This document shows positions 1-13,834 of a stretch of 64,000 nt of DNA, piece after piece. The notes beneath the pieces are model-generated. The model saw nothing but the letters and a program-made list of their open reading frames with translations. It was not told the origin of the DNA and ran no database searches. Positions within the stretch are counted from its first letter, which is position 1, and each line of letters begins with the position of its first letter. Location: NCBI GenBank assembly GCA_030141605.1, contig JAQGDQ010001047.1, positions 3,801 through 67,800 on the forward strand. Direction: 5' to 3'. Position numbers and translations under genes: made by a program. Source of the DNA: Tubiluchus corallicola (Eukaryota > Animalia > Priapulida).

Positions 1-1135
1 GCTACTGTTATGTACAATCGTCCTTGAGCAAGCACCTAGTTTTACAACAATCTGGTTATAATACGAAGAAGGGTGCCCAGCGAAATATTTTACATGTATA
101 GTCACAAGCGCGACTGCCATTAGTAGTAATGAATCTGCTAATTGGGAAGTGAAGTGGAATCAGGAGTGTATTTACCAATGAGCTAACTAGGCTGTAGCCT
201 AGTGTGCCGAATTTTGAAGTGCCAGTGCTAAAAAATTCTTGCTCTCCTGGGAAAATGTATATCCTTTTATATTCATATAAAGCGCGTGTATAATAACACA
301 CCACAAGCAGTTACTCAGTCCGCTTTTATATGAGCGCTATTTAACAAACTATTACAATTAGTACATAAAAGCAGTACACCACAAACGGTTAATACCCAAC
401 TTCTAAGTAATGGTGCTACTAATACACCACTAGTAGTTGCTTTTTGTGCTCCCTATATGAATTACCACAAAGCAGGAGTGAATTACTGTCATAATACGCG
501 TCTGCTTGGAATGAAACGACTAGAGAATTTGCTACAAGGTTAATAATTTTGCTGTTTAGTGATTGTTTCTATTTAAAGTTTTTTTTCTACGAAAATATTA
601 ACACATTAAAATTTAATGGATTTTTACATTTTATTACATATAGTTCAGACATACACAGGCCATGACTATCTTTTTTCTCAAGTTCAATAGGAATGTTAGT
701 TAGTATATATATATAATAACATAAGAAGCAGAATAAACTCATATGATTAATTAACAACATAATTATAATATACACAACGCCAAATAACAATTATTAATAT
801 TAACTAACTACAGATCTGCCTGTACAGATTAAGTTGTTTTGAAAATAATGACTTTTCAAAACTAACCCACCTCCATATAGTAACTAAACTACAAGAGCTG
901 TAAATAGACCGAACAGCTTAAAAACATTCTCAAACTAAAAAACTCTTTGGCTCCACAGATGAGATAAGGGCCTAGCTGTTTTCACACAACACAATTTCAT
1001 TTTAAACAAGCTCAGTATCACAATGATGCATTAGACATTTTCCCTCTATTGAGTTTTAAATCCTGACATTAAAATAGCATAGCAATTGGCTTTGGCATAG
1101 CAATTAAAATAATAATTATGTTTTCTGTAACCTAC

Positions 1136-1711
1136 TAATGTTGTACTACATGGCTGTTAAATGGGACTGGTAGGGTTGCCAGGTAATGTTGTACTACATG
1201 ACTGTTAAATGGGATTGGTAGGGTTGCCAGGTAATGTTGTACTACATGGCTGTTAAATGGGATTGGTAGGGTTGCCAGCTAATGTTGTACTGCATGGCTG
1301 TTAAATGGGATTGGTAGGGTTGCCAGGTAATGTTGTACTACATGGCTGTTAAATGGGATTGGTAGGGTTGCCAGCTAATGTTGTACTACATGGCTGTTAA
1401 ATGGGATTGGTAGGGTTGCCAGCTAATGTTGTACTACATGGCTGTTAAATGGGATTGGTAGGGTTGCCAGCTAATGTTGTACTACATGGCTGTTAAATGG
1501 GATTGGTAGGGTTGCCAGCTAATGTTGTACTGCATGACTGTTAAATGGGATTGGTAGGGTTGCCAGCTAATGTTGTACTGCATGACTGTTAAATGGGATT
1601 GGTAGGGTTGCCAGCTAATGTTGTATTACATGGCTGTTAAATGGGATTGGTAGAGTTGCCAGCTAATGTTGTACTACATGACTCATAAATGGGATTGGTA
1701 GGGTTGCCAGG
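1136..1711. repeat. 48-bp minisatellite, about 12 copies
   Basis: Unit TAATGTTGTACTACATGGCTGTTAAATGGGATTGGTAGGGTTGCCAGC. Confidence 0.97.
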
Positions 1712-2312
1712 AGCGTAACTTATCCAGTGCTGCCGCTTTTTTCAAGCGTTGGCAACACAGTCTCTCAGCATCCACTTTCATTTTAGAGACGGGATATCGG
1801 CTAAAATTTACCCGCTACGATATCTGATATACACTGTATATGCATATACACCTAAGTGTATGCATACATATCAGTATTGCGGGACTTTTATTTACAAAAA
1901 CAATATGGCTGCCGCAACAGAGTGTCTCGCAGGGAACGGCATTGATACAAACCAAATTTGGTGATTGTTCTTCTCCACACATTCAGTATTTCAGTCACAT
2001 AATTGGTTTACTGTAGAGTCCATCAATTTGATCTAGCTATTGTTCGATTTAGTTTCCAATTTTACACAAAATACGACATAATATCATTAAAAAAGCATTT
2101 TGAACAAAACACATTTTTCAGTTGTGCAGCTGAGCTGAAATTTTTTTATATATTTAACTAATGAATTTACTACAATACACTTAATCATTGAAATAGTACA
2201 CTTTATTTACTAACGCTAAACAATTCTTTAAATTAGCCTTCTGCTTTGCGATATTAGACGTTATGTTAACTGAAATTTGCTAAAAAGAACGATAACCCAG
2301 ACGGTTTATTAT

Positions 2313-2530
2313 GACCAGACGATTTAGTCTAGTGGTAATGCGTCTGCTTTCCGTCTGGGAGGTCGCGAGTTCGAACCAGCGGCCGGGTCATACCAAAGAC
2401 TTTAAAAATGGTACCTACTGTTGCCCTGCCTGACGCGTGGTACTTAGGGTAAAAGTGGGGTAATAATAGTCTCTGTTATGTGGTTGTATTTTAAGCCGAC
2501 TTTAAATAAAGATTATTATTATTATTATTA
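2313..2530 (+). mobile_element. tRNA-derived SINE (MetaSINE-like core)
   Basis: A box TAGTCTAGTGG, B box GAGTTCGAACC, core GGTCATACCAAAGACTTTAAAAATGGTACC, AATAAAG(ATT)n tail; homologous copies at 20899 and 51707. Confidence 0.85.
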
Positions 2531-3314
2531 AAACCATTTTAAGGAAAGAGACAGATGGCTCAATATCACACCAACTAAACTGCAGCAAATGAGTAATAAC
2601 TATTGGACATGATGATTAATCTTACATTAGCAGGCCACTCTATGTGTGTGATATCGGTAGTCTACAGCATTTTTCTCAAACTACCCCATTAAATTCACAA
2701 ATAAAATCTGCAAATTAGTCTAATAAATTGCAACGAGGTTTTGACATCTTCAACACGTTTTATCTAATCTAAATCAGTGAAAATATTTACATAAAGTGAT
2801 TTTATTAAGTTTATTAGTCCTTCGAGCAAGTTTAAGAACCACTTGCTGGTTTCCTAAAATGAGTTTTTTTTTGTTTGCTGTTTTTGAAATGCTGGTGTTT
2901 TTCTTGCAAATAGTTTATTGCATTCGCCAGGCACAAATACAAGCCTCCCCCTCCCATTGCCAAAAATACACACACGAGGGCAGTTTTTTTGGCCTGCGCC
3001 TCTACATATTTTTAGGATTAACAATTCTGCCTGGCTATGCTGGAAAATTTTTCACTTTTAAAACAGACAACAAGCAAAATGAGTAAGTGTAATGGATTAA
3101 ATTTGAATCAAGTTATTTACATGAAAATTTCTAATTGTGGTAGAGACGAGTGGAAGAAAAATGACAGTTCAAAATCGGGCCACGCCAGTTTCAGTTTGCA
3201 GAAAATTTTTTCCGTCCCTTTTGTAAAATCTAATCTCTAATCATCTGAAGCTACAACCTCAAAATAAGTTAATTTTTTCATTCTATTAACGAGTTTTTCA
3301 TGAAGTGAAGTGAT

Positions 3315-3476
3315 TCAGAGAATAGGGATGTAGCTGTCAATCTTTGCCCGATGTCGTTGCGCAACGCACTCGGCAATCCACACGATGTTTCGACACTCTT
3401 GTTCCTTCAGCTTGACATAAGCAAAGAAAACTCCGAAATGGAATTGTTGAAGGAATGCGTATACATTTAGCTTCAC
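3315..3476 (-). CDS. ATP6V0D1: ATP6V0D exon 8 (last coding)
   Basis: [53 protein letters not shown]. Confidence 0.95.
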   Translation of the reverse strand: MKLNVYAFLQQFHFGVFFAYVKLKEQECRNIVWIAECVAQRHRAKIDSYIPIL

Positions 3477-6400
3477 CTGAAACACAACAACACTTACGAT
3501 GAGAAGATTACCGACATCCCATCCAGGGATGAGAATGACAAATTGCAAAAGACTCTGAAACAGGTCGGGGGTTTTGTGGCATGGAGCCAACAACAAATTG
3601 ATATTTTGTGACCATAGAGAGCCTCTAAGTGGACATAAAATATCAATTACCTTGTTTCATGCATAATTTAAAATACCCAACTGTCAAGGATACATGATAC
3701 CTAATTGTCTCAAAAACGTCTAAGTACTGGCTGCTCCTGTGCAAAAGTATATAAAAACTGTCTGCAATTGATTCAAATAACTCCGCACAATTGATTCTAT
3801 ATTTTTATACATAGAGATATACACGTGGTTACACTGACGTACGTGATGTAAACAAAGTGACGGCCTGCCAACTAGCGGTCAGTTTGTGAAATTATGTACT
3901 GGGTCTGTAAAAATTTTCTTAACGAATTTACGTGATCAAAAATGGCACTACTAGTCTTCCAAAAACTCAGAATTCTGTGTATCCGCGGAAAATTCTCATC
4001 CCTGCTCCCATCAGAAAATTTTGTACGTAAAATTGTAAAATTCACACAGGGCCGGATTATGAACTTTTATGGCCCTTAGGTTAATGAAATTATGCGTCCC
4101 CCTCAGAAGACGCCACCCCTCTAAATTTGCTCACACTTGTCTCGAATATTTTTTACTTGTGTATATATTTTAGCAAAATTTGCATGGCTGGGACCCAATA
4201 TTTGAAATAAAGGGCTTCAAAGACGCCCTCTATCTCAAACAAGGGCCCTTTGTCTCAAATAAAAGGCTGTGGAAGTTGATATTGTACGTTGTAGTTAGGT
4301 GCTGCCATCTATGTGCTAATCCTGTTACATTCTACCAGTTGACTTACCTTCAGTATAATTGTATGGTCCAGTGAATACATACACACTGGTCCCTCTCCCT
4401 ATCGTAAATTAACGGTTGTTGTGAAGCCTGTGCAAGTCTGCATAGCTCAAGTTCTATACCTGTATACTGGCCGTGAAACAGGTTTTACTGACTGTTTTTT
4501 GGATACTAGTTTTGCTCAATGTTCAGTGCAGCAGTTTTCCTATTCATGTTTCCATAGTTCAATAAACACTTTTCTGTTGTGTGCAGTGCAAATATTTATT
4601 ATAGGTGCTTTATTCCTATCCATAGTTTTCTGTGTCTAAACTCAAGTGACTGAACAACAACTTCAAAAATGACTTTTACAAAGGCCTTAAACACGGAACC
4701 TTTATCTCAAATGAGGAGCCATTTTGAAATTGGATTTTCAGAATTCCTGGCCTCTCTTTTTTTAAAGCCAGGAATGCAAAGTACGGCCTCCTCAAGGGTC
4801 CTAAGCTGCAGCGTATATTAGCCTATAGGGTAATCCGGCCCTGGATAAACACGAGCATTCAGGAGAAAAAGGTTAGATGACAAATTGGTGGGCTCTAACA
4901 GAATAGCTCTACGGAAAGATATAGTAATTAGAAATCTCAGGAACACATGTCAACCGTCACACGGAAGCCTTTTACTGGCAATAGGATAAGTAGCTTCAGA
5001 GAAACAATGCAAACTGTTCGCATGGACGTATGCAAAATGAACGTACGCGTTTCCACCACAACAGTTATTTCATCATTGGGAGCAGGGCGGAGAGGAGAGG
5101 TTTAAAAAGATAGAGGTTACCTCGTGTTCAAAGAACTTGTCTTCCAGAGTTTTATCGCCCGGATTGTTCCCCGCTCCCTCAAATAATACCTTGTATTGCT
5201 GTAATAAAAAATTTCAAATGATAGTGTTATAAATAAGTGTTATTTATATATAATTATTTCAAATGATTGTGTTAAAAATATACTACGCTATGTTGCACTT
5301 TTTTAACATCAATACAAAAACAATTTATTGGCTCTAGTTCTTATTCGCAAAAATTAGTTGTTGTTCTCAGTCGTCACTAGTGTCTCAGAATTTTATTGTA
5401 ATAAAATAATATTAAAGTAATAAATAATAGAGTAATAAGTAATATATTAATAATATTATAATTATTATTATAGTAGTATCATAATAAAGTACAGTCGACT
5501 CTCGTTAAACCTGACCCCTTTAGCCCGGATATCAGACAAGACGGACAGCATTCGTGGTAAAGGAAACTGACCGATTTCCGCCCGAGCCGGAGCGCTAAAC
5601 ACAACACGACCTACCAATTGTACAATAATTTCTTTATCCTCACAGGTTAACTATTTTAAAGTAATATACAGTATAGTATATAGTGCAATGTATATAGGCC
5701 TTATTAAGGTGATTATTCCTGTATAATATAGACCATATATAGGCATATCGGATAAATCGGACAATCAGCTAAACCGGACCCCCCCCCAATTAGTCTGGTT
5801 TAACGAGGGTGACTGTAATAATAAATAATGAGTAATAAATAAGTAATAATACACAAAGATTGGCTTATCTACACATCAAAAATAAATTACTAGTGGTAGA
5901 CTAACTGATGAAGTGGTGACAGCGCACAAGAAAATCCCACAATTAGACTGTGAACTATCAGCCATTTTAATAGTTTAACAAGTTAAGCAATGCTGTAAAG
6001 TAGCTGGATAAGTGATTCCAGGAGTCTGTGCCGAACGCTCTTTGAAAGGTCTCCAAAACCTGTATAGGGGATGGAATGCAATAATCTCGTCGATTGGCTA
6101 AAAGGAGGGTAACCGTGGTGACGACTGACTATAAACACAATTCAAACACGCTCATCTTTTTTCCAAATCCTGATTTGGTTCACAACAGTTTAGCATCTCC
6201 CTTCTTCCTTAATTATCAGCCTCCTGGTTTTAACAGCTACAGTTATTTGTTGAATTGTGACAACCAATCAAACAGCTAATAAAAGTCTTCTCCATTAGAC
6301 ATGCAAAAGAGTTCATAATATCAGAAACATATCCGCTCTCACCAAAAAACGAAATGGCTCTTAAAAAGATGAAAAGTAAAGAACTCACGGCATAGTAGTC

Positions 6401-9400
6401 GGCAACCGCTCGCACTTGTTCATACTCGTCGGCTCTAGCAAGTGCGGCTAATCCGTCGGGATGCAGCTTACCGCAACGAGGATACAACTTTGCACGGTCG
6501 TCTTTCGTCAACTCGGTGCCAAATGAGTTGATGGTGATGATGAAAGCTCTTCTGTCTGCCTCAAACTGGAAGGAGATGCCAAATTGCACGAATTTAAATC
6601 ATTAGTAAATCGTATTTGTAGTTGACAGTCTTGTAACAATGATTTAGAACAGTGGTTCTTCAGCTTCCCAAGGCACCAGATTTTGAAATTCCATCCTGTA
6701 AACCTCAGCACACAAAACAAAAGGAAAGCGTTGAATTTTTGAGTCAAATTTAAACAGTCACTGTTAAATTAATTAGCTGGTGCAATTAATTAACTGCTTA
6801 TTAGCACAGACTCGTGAAAATATAGAAAATATCATTAAAGCGAAATCATTTTAATGCGACCTTTGCTCTTGCTTTTCTTTGATAATTAACGACTTGTGCA
6901 AACAAACGGTAAAGAAGCCCAGTGAGATTCTGACAACATCAAACAACAGGAAATTATGAAAGAATGGATGATGAAGAATACGATTGAAAAATGTTATTTT
7001 TCTCGACCCTTTCCTCACACCCCAGCTAGGGCCTCCGATTTGCCGTGATTGGGGAAAATGAACAGAATTCACGGAAATGGGCAACTGTAACGGAAATGGC
7101 TAAAAAAAGCGAAATTTCTGACTTTTCTGCATATTTAATGCATACTGGAGACGGAATGTTCTTCACATGTTTCTTTCCGCCAAAACTAAGCAGTTTTTCA
7201 GTCGTTGGCGACCTTAATAGAAGTTCTTCGCCGAGTTTTATTTTTTATGCAACTTGCGTTCCTACGTTCACTTTGTTTTTACATTAAATATGGGAAATCC
7301 TTCCTAGCGTGAGCTTGCAGCGAATAGCAGTACAATTTGTGGAAAGCTTTCCCCTATTCACACAAACAGAGCCAGGGAATTTTCCGGTGATTTGTACAAA
7401 CATGCTAGGATTTTCTGCTGTAACTTCTGAGTACGAATTAAACGTTGGCATTAAACTGGTCCCTACCTTAGGAACTAAATCACACACCCCCCGAGGGCCC
7501 CTGCACCCCAGGTTAAGAACCACTGATCTAGAATCTAGTTGCTGATGCTGATTAAAAGCAACCTAAAACTTACTGCAAGAATTTCACACATGACTTCGGC
7601 AGTGGCGCCACCAAGTTCTTTGCAATACCTGTAGAAATCTTCTAAGTACGCCTGAAAGAAAGGTAAGCAAGTTATTGTATTACCTGACAGTTCCAATCAA
7701 AGGCGACTTGCCTCCTTTGTGCCCTTTTCATAACAGCATAAAGAACGATGCAAATCTTGATGCGCACAAAATTTTGAATCACTTGTGGTAGCAAAAATAA
7801 TATCAAGGGTATGTTAAATTGATAATTATTGAAAATGTGTAATCACTTAATTCAATTCAATTCAATTTATTTATTAACTCTGCAAGAATTATCAAAATAC
7901 AGTATTAGGAATACATGCAATTTTATGTAACAAAGGAGAAGAGCAGCGAAGAACCCGTAGGTTATCTAGTCAGCCACCCTCAAATAGCTAGGATTAAATA
8001 AAATTAATTTTGGCACCATTCTCAATTTAAATTTGAATTCTGTTGACATGTGTAATTGGCAATTAAATGACGGGAAACAGTGTCAAACAAGTATAATACT
8101 AAAAAAAAACCTGTGTAAAGTTTCAAATGCATCAAGCAAGCGTCAGCATGATCATTAATTTCGAAGGCAGTGCCAATTTTACTAGACGAAAATTACTTTT
8201 GCTCGTGTGGTACAGTTAAAATGCAAGAAAACCCTCCACTTACATAAAGCTCAAAAAATTTGTCTCGAAATTTTATGCCACTTATATACTACCTTTTCGT
8301 ATGCATGGCTTGCATCGGCTGTGACACTGTATAAAATGTGTAAATTTAAACTCCAGCGATGACCGTTAGGCGCAGCCATTTTAATGGTATGTCGTTTGAA
8401 ACAAGTTTTGATAACATTAAGTAAAGTTTGAAAAAATAATCAGAGCATTTGTAACATACACGTTGCTAATTAAGTAAAATTTTAAATTACTGTATCTTGT
8501 CAATAAGAATAAAAATATGTTTTTGGCTAGTGAGTGGCGTACCCTGGAGGGTGAGTCAGCGACATTTATCAATTGGCACAAACATTTTAAATTATTAGTC
8601 TAGTTACATAAGTCTTTCCAGCAGGTTTGTGAAATGCTAAGTAATATAGATTTGCATGGAAAGTTTTTTGGGTCATAATTTAACATTGTGTTTTCTTCCC
8701 GTGATTTACGTGGCGTAGTGATGCCATGTAATGGTGCGGTCGCAACAGTTTTGCGGGAGATTTAAAATGAAAACAAACGAAAATTCCTTTCAACGCGATA
8801 TACGATACATGCATAAAATTGTTGTAAAGTAGTATAATGTTTTAATGCGATTTTTCTGAAACTTACTTCAGGCGCCCCTTTTCTTGTCCTCTAAGGAAAA
8901 TAGCAAATGACAAACGTGAATTAAGTTAAGTACCTTGTATAAAGTGTTACGAATGATCTCTATGTTCATCTCATCCAGATCCTGCTCAGATATGCAGTCG
9001 ACAAAAAATGGAGCTTAAAAATGAGAGTGAAAATGAGTTAAACTTGCAACTGTCATGTCAGAATCTTTGTAACTCATAGCTAAACATTAGAATATGTTCC
9101 ACAGGGTAACACATCGAATGTTAACTCATTAAACGGTCTGTGAAAAGCAGCTAGAGTTTCAAAATAAAACCACCAGCCACGCAGGCAAGTGATTAAAGGA
9201 AGACCGGACGATTGTTTAGACTCAATCTCATTTTAATTTACTGTCCAAAATATACATTTTCTTGCCTGTAAAAGTTAGCAATTGTTTCTTATAATTGAAT
9301 CATTAGCTTAGGAAGTTAGTTAACGGCAATCAAACACAGCTATTGCTTACGTAAGAAACTAACCACAGTTTGTGCAATGGCAGGCATCCTCCCTTGCACG

Positions 9401-12400
9401 TCAAGCACATTTACATAAGCGTTACAGTACTGTTTAAACGTGTGATGTCACGAAAAATGGGCTTTACATCATATGACGTCATGAAATTAACACATTAACA
9501 AGTTATCACTGTACCGCCTTCTATTTGTCGACCACGCGAATGTGACAAAAAGGTGACGCTGCCAATCTTAGTAGATTCACTGAGCTTTGAAAGTTTAATG
9601 AAATTTGAATATCTGAGGTAATTATTATTTAGTCTAAGCTTTGATTTAAAATAAGCTATTGTAGTTTTCAATATTTTAGAGCATGCGTCATTCTGAACTC
9701 GTGTTTACACAATCATCCGGGTTTCCTTTAAAAGTCTAGCTACTATAATTTCTTGAGCAACACGATTAACTGCAGGAAGCAAACGGGTGACAGAGTCATT
9801 TACACTTATGCACCTATGTAACTGATCAATACAGAAAAATTTATGTAATTCAACTTTCGAAGTAATTATTCCTTAAAGAAAGTTTTTAATAGAACATTTG
9901 GGCTTCAGGCTTCCTAAATTCAATTCAATTCAATTTTATTCTCTCAATATCAGTTAAAATTCGTGATAATTATTTTTACATTTCATTGCAGCTGAGAAGG
10001 AGTAGCGAAAGACCTATTGGTCACCTATGAGTTTATTCACAGGGTGATGACATTTTTTAGATGTTTGTGTATATGACAAAGGCAAAAGCAACAAAAATCA
10101 ACTCAAAGCAGAAATGCAATTCAAATCATTACAAGGAATAACATCAGGCAAAAAATTAATGAAATTCAATGTAGAGCAAAAAATAACATCAAACAAAAGC
10201 ACCAAAAATCTACTCAAAGCAAAAATGCAATTCCACTCAGAATAAAAGGAAGTTATCACAAGCAATGCAAAACGGAATTTGACTTATAGCAGAAAATTAT
10301 ATCAAACAAAATGAAAAATTAAATTGAAAAGAGTAAACAATTTGAGTTCTAGGTAATAATTCTGGCGTTATTTTCCTTTACACTTATCAGAAAACAAAAT
10401 AAAAATAGCATAACACATGCACCACATGTATGTTATACGAAGGAAATTAAAGTAAATATGTGAAAGAAATGTAGCAGACGCTAGTAGTTACCTAATGGCG
10501 TGTCCACCAGCACTGCATTATATAATTCGGCAGGCGTAGAAGCTATGTGGATGGCCTCCATTTCCTCAAAACTACCGAGCGGATGACATTTAGGAATCAG
10601 TTCAGTTATGGGTCGCTGATGCAGTGTCCCCGTGATCAGCAAAATTATGTTGTCGATCATATAACTGTACCTATAATAAAAAAATTTGAATTGAGTGTGC
10701 ACGTCGCATGGTTTTTAAGTCTAGAAGTGAAGTAAGTCCACAAGTAAAACTATCCAAAAGAAAATTTTTCACTTGCAAAAAAATCAGTAAGTTGAATAAT
10801 GCACGATCTTCTACACTAGAAAAACACACATACGGAAATACACACATACACACATCCAAATTACCATACACACTATGCAAACCAGATTGAAAACCGTCGA
10901 TGATAAAGTAAAGATAAGTTGCAAATAAAACACCTACTATGTACGCCTACTAAAAAACATTCCTATCAAAGCTGTTTCTATCTGAATCTCTTCACTGGCA
11001 ATTTTCTTTGGTTATTGAAATTAGAATATTTGTACAGGGATGAGAATGACAAATTGCAAAAAACTCTGAAACAGGCCGGGGGTTTGGTAGTTTAAGGGGG
11101 CGAAGCAACAAATTGCAATTTTGTGACCATGCCTCTAAGTGGACTTAAAATATCAATTACCTTGTTTCATGCATAATTTAAAATACCCAACTATCAAGGA
11201 TACATGATACCTAATTGTCTCAAAAACGCCTAAGTACTGGCCGCTCCTATGCAAAAGTATATAAAAACTGTCTGCAATTGATTCAAATAACTCCGCATAA
11301 TTGATTCTATATTTTTATACATAGAGATATACACGTGGTTACACTGATGTACGTGATGTAAACAAAGTGATGGCCTGCCAACTAGCGGTCAGCTTGTGAA
11401 ATAATGTACTGGGTCCGTAAAAATTTTCTCAACGAATTCACGCGATTTACAAAAATGGCACTACTGATCTTCCAAAAACTCGGAATTCCTCGTATCCGCG
11501 GAAAATTCTCATCCCTGTATCAAAGCTGGTTCTATCTGAATCTCTTCGCTGGCAATTTTCTTTTGTTATTGAAATTAGAATATTTGTACAGCTAAATATA
11601 CTTTTGATGGAACATGCAAATTTTGTCTCACTAGGTCCATTTTTCTACAACAAGTTTTTTCTAGTCTTACAGAGTCTTCTTTTGAGACAATTTTCGCCAC
11701 AAAGAAGTTAAGACAATGCTGCCTTGGATCAACCAAATGCTAGCAGTCATAAGACTACGGAAGGTGAAACTTTGAATAAAATATACAATCATACAATCAC
11801 GATGTTGTTTTAATTCAAGCAAATTAGAACTGTGTGCAACTTCTTTAACAATGACCGTCTCTTGGGATTACATGACAGTTTTTCAGACACAAGACTAAAA
11901 AGTATTGCTCATTCGCTCAAAAATCTCAGTCTCTTACAATCTGATTTAAAAGCAGTATTTATCCTCCTGGAAAAACTTAACAGACGGCCTTGAATAGTAA
12001 ATGGCTCATTAAACATTGCCAGTCGTTACTGAATGTGCCTAGACCTATGTTGTTACCAAATTTGAGTGTCTGTGTATGCCAGGCTTCAAAGAATCTGCAG
12101 ATTTTAGTGTCAAATAGACTTAAAATAAAATGCAAAATTTTGGCTACATAGAATCTTGAATCAAATAGTCAATGCTTTATAACATGTTAAAAATTTACAG
12201 GTAGTCGTGGACTCACGACCACAACCGGTCCTGGCATACTGTCGGTAAGACGAATTAGACGCAAGTCGGATCCGTATATTAATGTATACATTCAAGCGGT
12301 GCCCCCCTACAAGCAAAGACATTGGGCATGCATGCACGTGTGGCGGCACCTATGTTGAGTTTGTTGAAACAGATTGCGATGTAAAGTTTATTTGTTTTGA

Positions 12401-13834
12401 AAAAAGGAAATACGACTCATAGTCGGTTGCGTATAAATAAATAATAAACTAATTAAATTGCGGTCGGGTCGTAAAGTTGAACAGTCGTAAGTCGCATAGG
12501 TCGTAACTCAACAACTACCATTATATGCACAATTATAAACAAATCCGGAAAAATCTTACGTAATATAATCAAGAAACGTAGCCAAAGGTTCTACAGCACA
12601 ATTACGCATATGCTGGAATTCTACCACCAACTTCTCCTTTAGTTTGTCATCGATGACAGAAACAGAGAGAGGACTAGGCTCATTAGCTAAAAAATTCCCA
12701 TAATCTGTGCTTGCTAAGTGTAACTTTAAATCTGAAAAAGCCAGAGTATACATAGTGTTTATTATTATTATGAAATTATTAGTTATTGTGATAGTAATTA
12801 CACGTGTGCTTGCAAACCAAAATTGTCCATAAGTCGGCCTAGTTAAAACTACGTTATGATGCTTCAAAACAGAATGCATTAAAAATTTCGTCAAATGTCA
12901 ATTTTTTGTTTTTTTATAAAAACAAGTGCGAAATATATTGGACTTTAATATTTTAGCATCAAATTGTCAAGAAAATATTTAAAAGATATTGTTGCTAACT
13001 GTTTTGAAGAAATGCATTAAAAAACAATGGCTAACTTGAACAGAGATTTGCTCAAGATTATGTTTTTCATTGCATAGCCTGTGCCTTAGTCTTCAATGTG
13101 GATTATCTCAGCTTAGAAATAACATAGAGCGATGAACTTGGTATCAAAATGATCTTCATGAAATGGAGATCCAGGACACGTGAATAACTAGAAAAGCTTA
13201 ATCGCCAGCTTATGGACGATGGTGCTATGCAAGCATACATATATTAAATTAATTATATTAATGTTATAATCAATATTAATATTAGGGGCTACCGAATCAT
13301 ATATTAGTAGGGGAAACAGCTCTGAAGGAGTTTTTTGGCAGTCACTCATGCTGTCATACATACATTGTCTAGGGTGAGCATTGTTTCACTTGATAGAAAA
13401 TCATTAAAGGAAGACCAGACGATTGTTTAGACTCCATCTCATTTCAATTTACTGTCCAAAATATACATTTTTTGTCTATAAAAGTTAACAATTGTTTCTT
13501 ATATTTGAATAATTAGCTTACAAAGTTAATTAACAGTAACCGAGCACACCTATTGCTTGCGTCAGAAACTGTGTGCATTTACAGATGAAATGAAGGCCAA
13601 GTAACCGTGTTTTCGCGCAGGTCGATATTACTGGGAAGCCGAATGCTCGACATGTAGTCCTCTTTTTCAACTCATATGGTAATCCTGAGCCTAAGCAAAT
13701 ATGAACCACTTACCATCCAAAGTTTCACACTGTACTAAGTTTAAGTAATCATGTTGTTTCAGAATGCCACCTTTAAAACCTCTTACTAGTCCTTCTAAGT
13801 ATCCATTGTCGATGTTAAAATAAAATTCACTCAT
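3315..13834 (-). CDS. ATP6V0D1: V-type proton ATPase V0 subunit d (gene span, 8 coding exons, 348 aa)
   Basis: Exons 13834-13714, 12731-12560, 10670-10492, 9013-8934, 7651-7574, 6565-6389, 5198-5121, 3476-3315, all GT-AG, join in frame to 1047 nt; translation [19 protein letters not shown]...[20 protein letters not shown] is the V0 subunit d family. Confidence 0.97.
3524..4004. mobile_element. hAT-like MITE, family A
   Basis: TIR CAGGGATGAGAAT; 8-bp TSD ATCCCATC/CTCCCATC; further copies at 11035, 28337, 38231. Confidence 0.88.
4047..4843. mobile_element. hAT-like non-autonomous element
   Basis: 13-bp TIR CAGGGCCGGATTA / TAATCCGGCCCTG; TSD degenerate. Confidence 0.7.
5121..5198 (-). CDS. ATP6V0D1: ATP6V0D exon 7
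   Basis: [26 protein letters not shown]; AG/GT bounded. Confidence 0.95.
5492..5815. mobile_element. Tc1/pogo (Tigger-like) MITE
   Basis: TA|CAGTCGACTCTCGTTAAAC...GTTTAACGAGGGTGACTG|TA. Confidence 0.8.
6389..6565 (-). CDS. ATP6V0D1: ATP6V0D exon 6
   Basis: [32 protein letters not shown]...VADYYA; AG/GT bounded. Confidence 0.95.
7574..7651 (-). CDS. ATP6V0D1: ATP6V0D exon 5
   Basis: [26 protein letters not shown]; AG/GT bounded. Confidence 0.95.
7849..7985 (-). mobile_element. Retroposon 3' end with (TTGAA)n tail; similar copy at about 9917-10032
   Basis: AATAAA followed by (TTGAA)3 on the - strand in both, plus shared GAG.AGCGAA motif. Confidence 0.5.
8215..8566. mobile_element. Dispersed repeat (DNA transposon end); inverted copy at about 37428-37775, fragment near 55850
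   Basis: Reverse-complement similarity, e.g. GAAAACCCTCCACTTACATAAAGCT and ACCCTGGAGGGTGAGTCA. Confidence 0.7.
8934..9013 (-). CDS. ATP6V0D1: ATP6V0D exon 4
   Basis: [27 protein letters not shown]; AG/GT bounded. Confidence 0.95.
9197..9727. mobile_element. TTAA-flanked TIR element (Kolobok-like); partial second copy at 13404-13571
   Basis: TTAA|AGGAAGACCGGACGATTG...CAATCATCCGGGTTTCCT|TTAA. Confidence 0.72.
10492..10670 (-). CDS. ATP6V0D1: ATP6V0D exon 3
   Basis: [20 protein letters not shown]...[10 protein letters not shown]; AG/GT bounded. Confidence 0.95.
11035..11517. mobile_element. hAT-like MITE, family A, flanked by a 71-bp direct duplication
   Basis: Same TIRs and body as 3524-4004; flanks 10964-11034 and 11518-11588 are duplicated. 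Confidence 0.88.
12560..12731 (-). CDS. ATP6V0D1: ATP6V0D exon 2
   Basis: [21 protein letters not shown]...FLDYIT; acceptor TTTCAG, donor GTAAG. Confidence 0.95.
13714..13834 (-). CDS. ATP6V0D1: ATP6V0D exon 1
   Basis: ATG at 13834; [40 protein letters not shown]; donor G|GTAAGT. Confidence 0.95.

Noticed and set aside
2313-2390. tRNA genes at 2313, 20899, 51707 and 59860-59930
   Set aside because: Acceptor and T stems do not pair properly, copies diverge freely and run into a shared SINE body and tail
11640-12140. Possible Penelope/GIY-YIG remnant (FFEAWH-like words on the - strand)
   Set aside because: Too degenerate to support without a profile search
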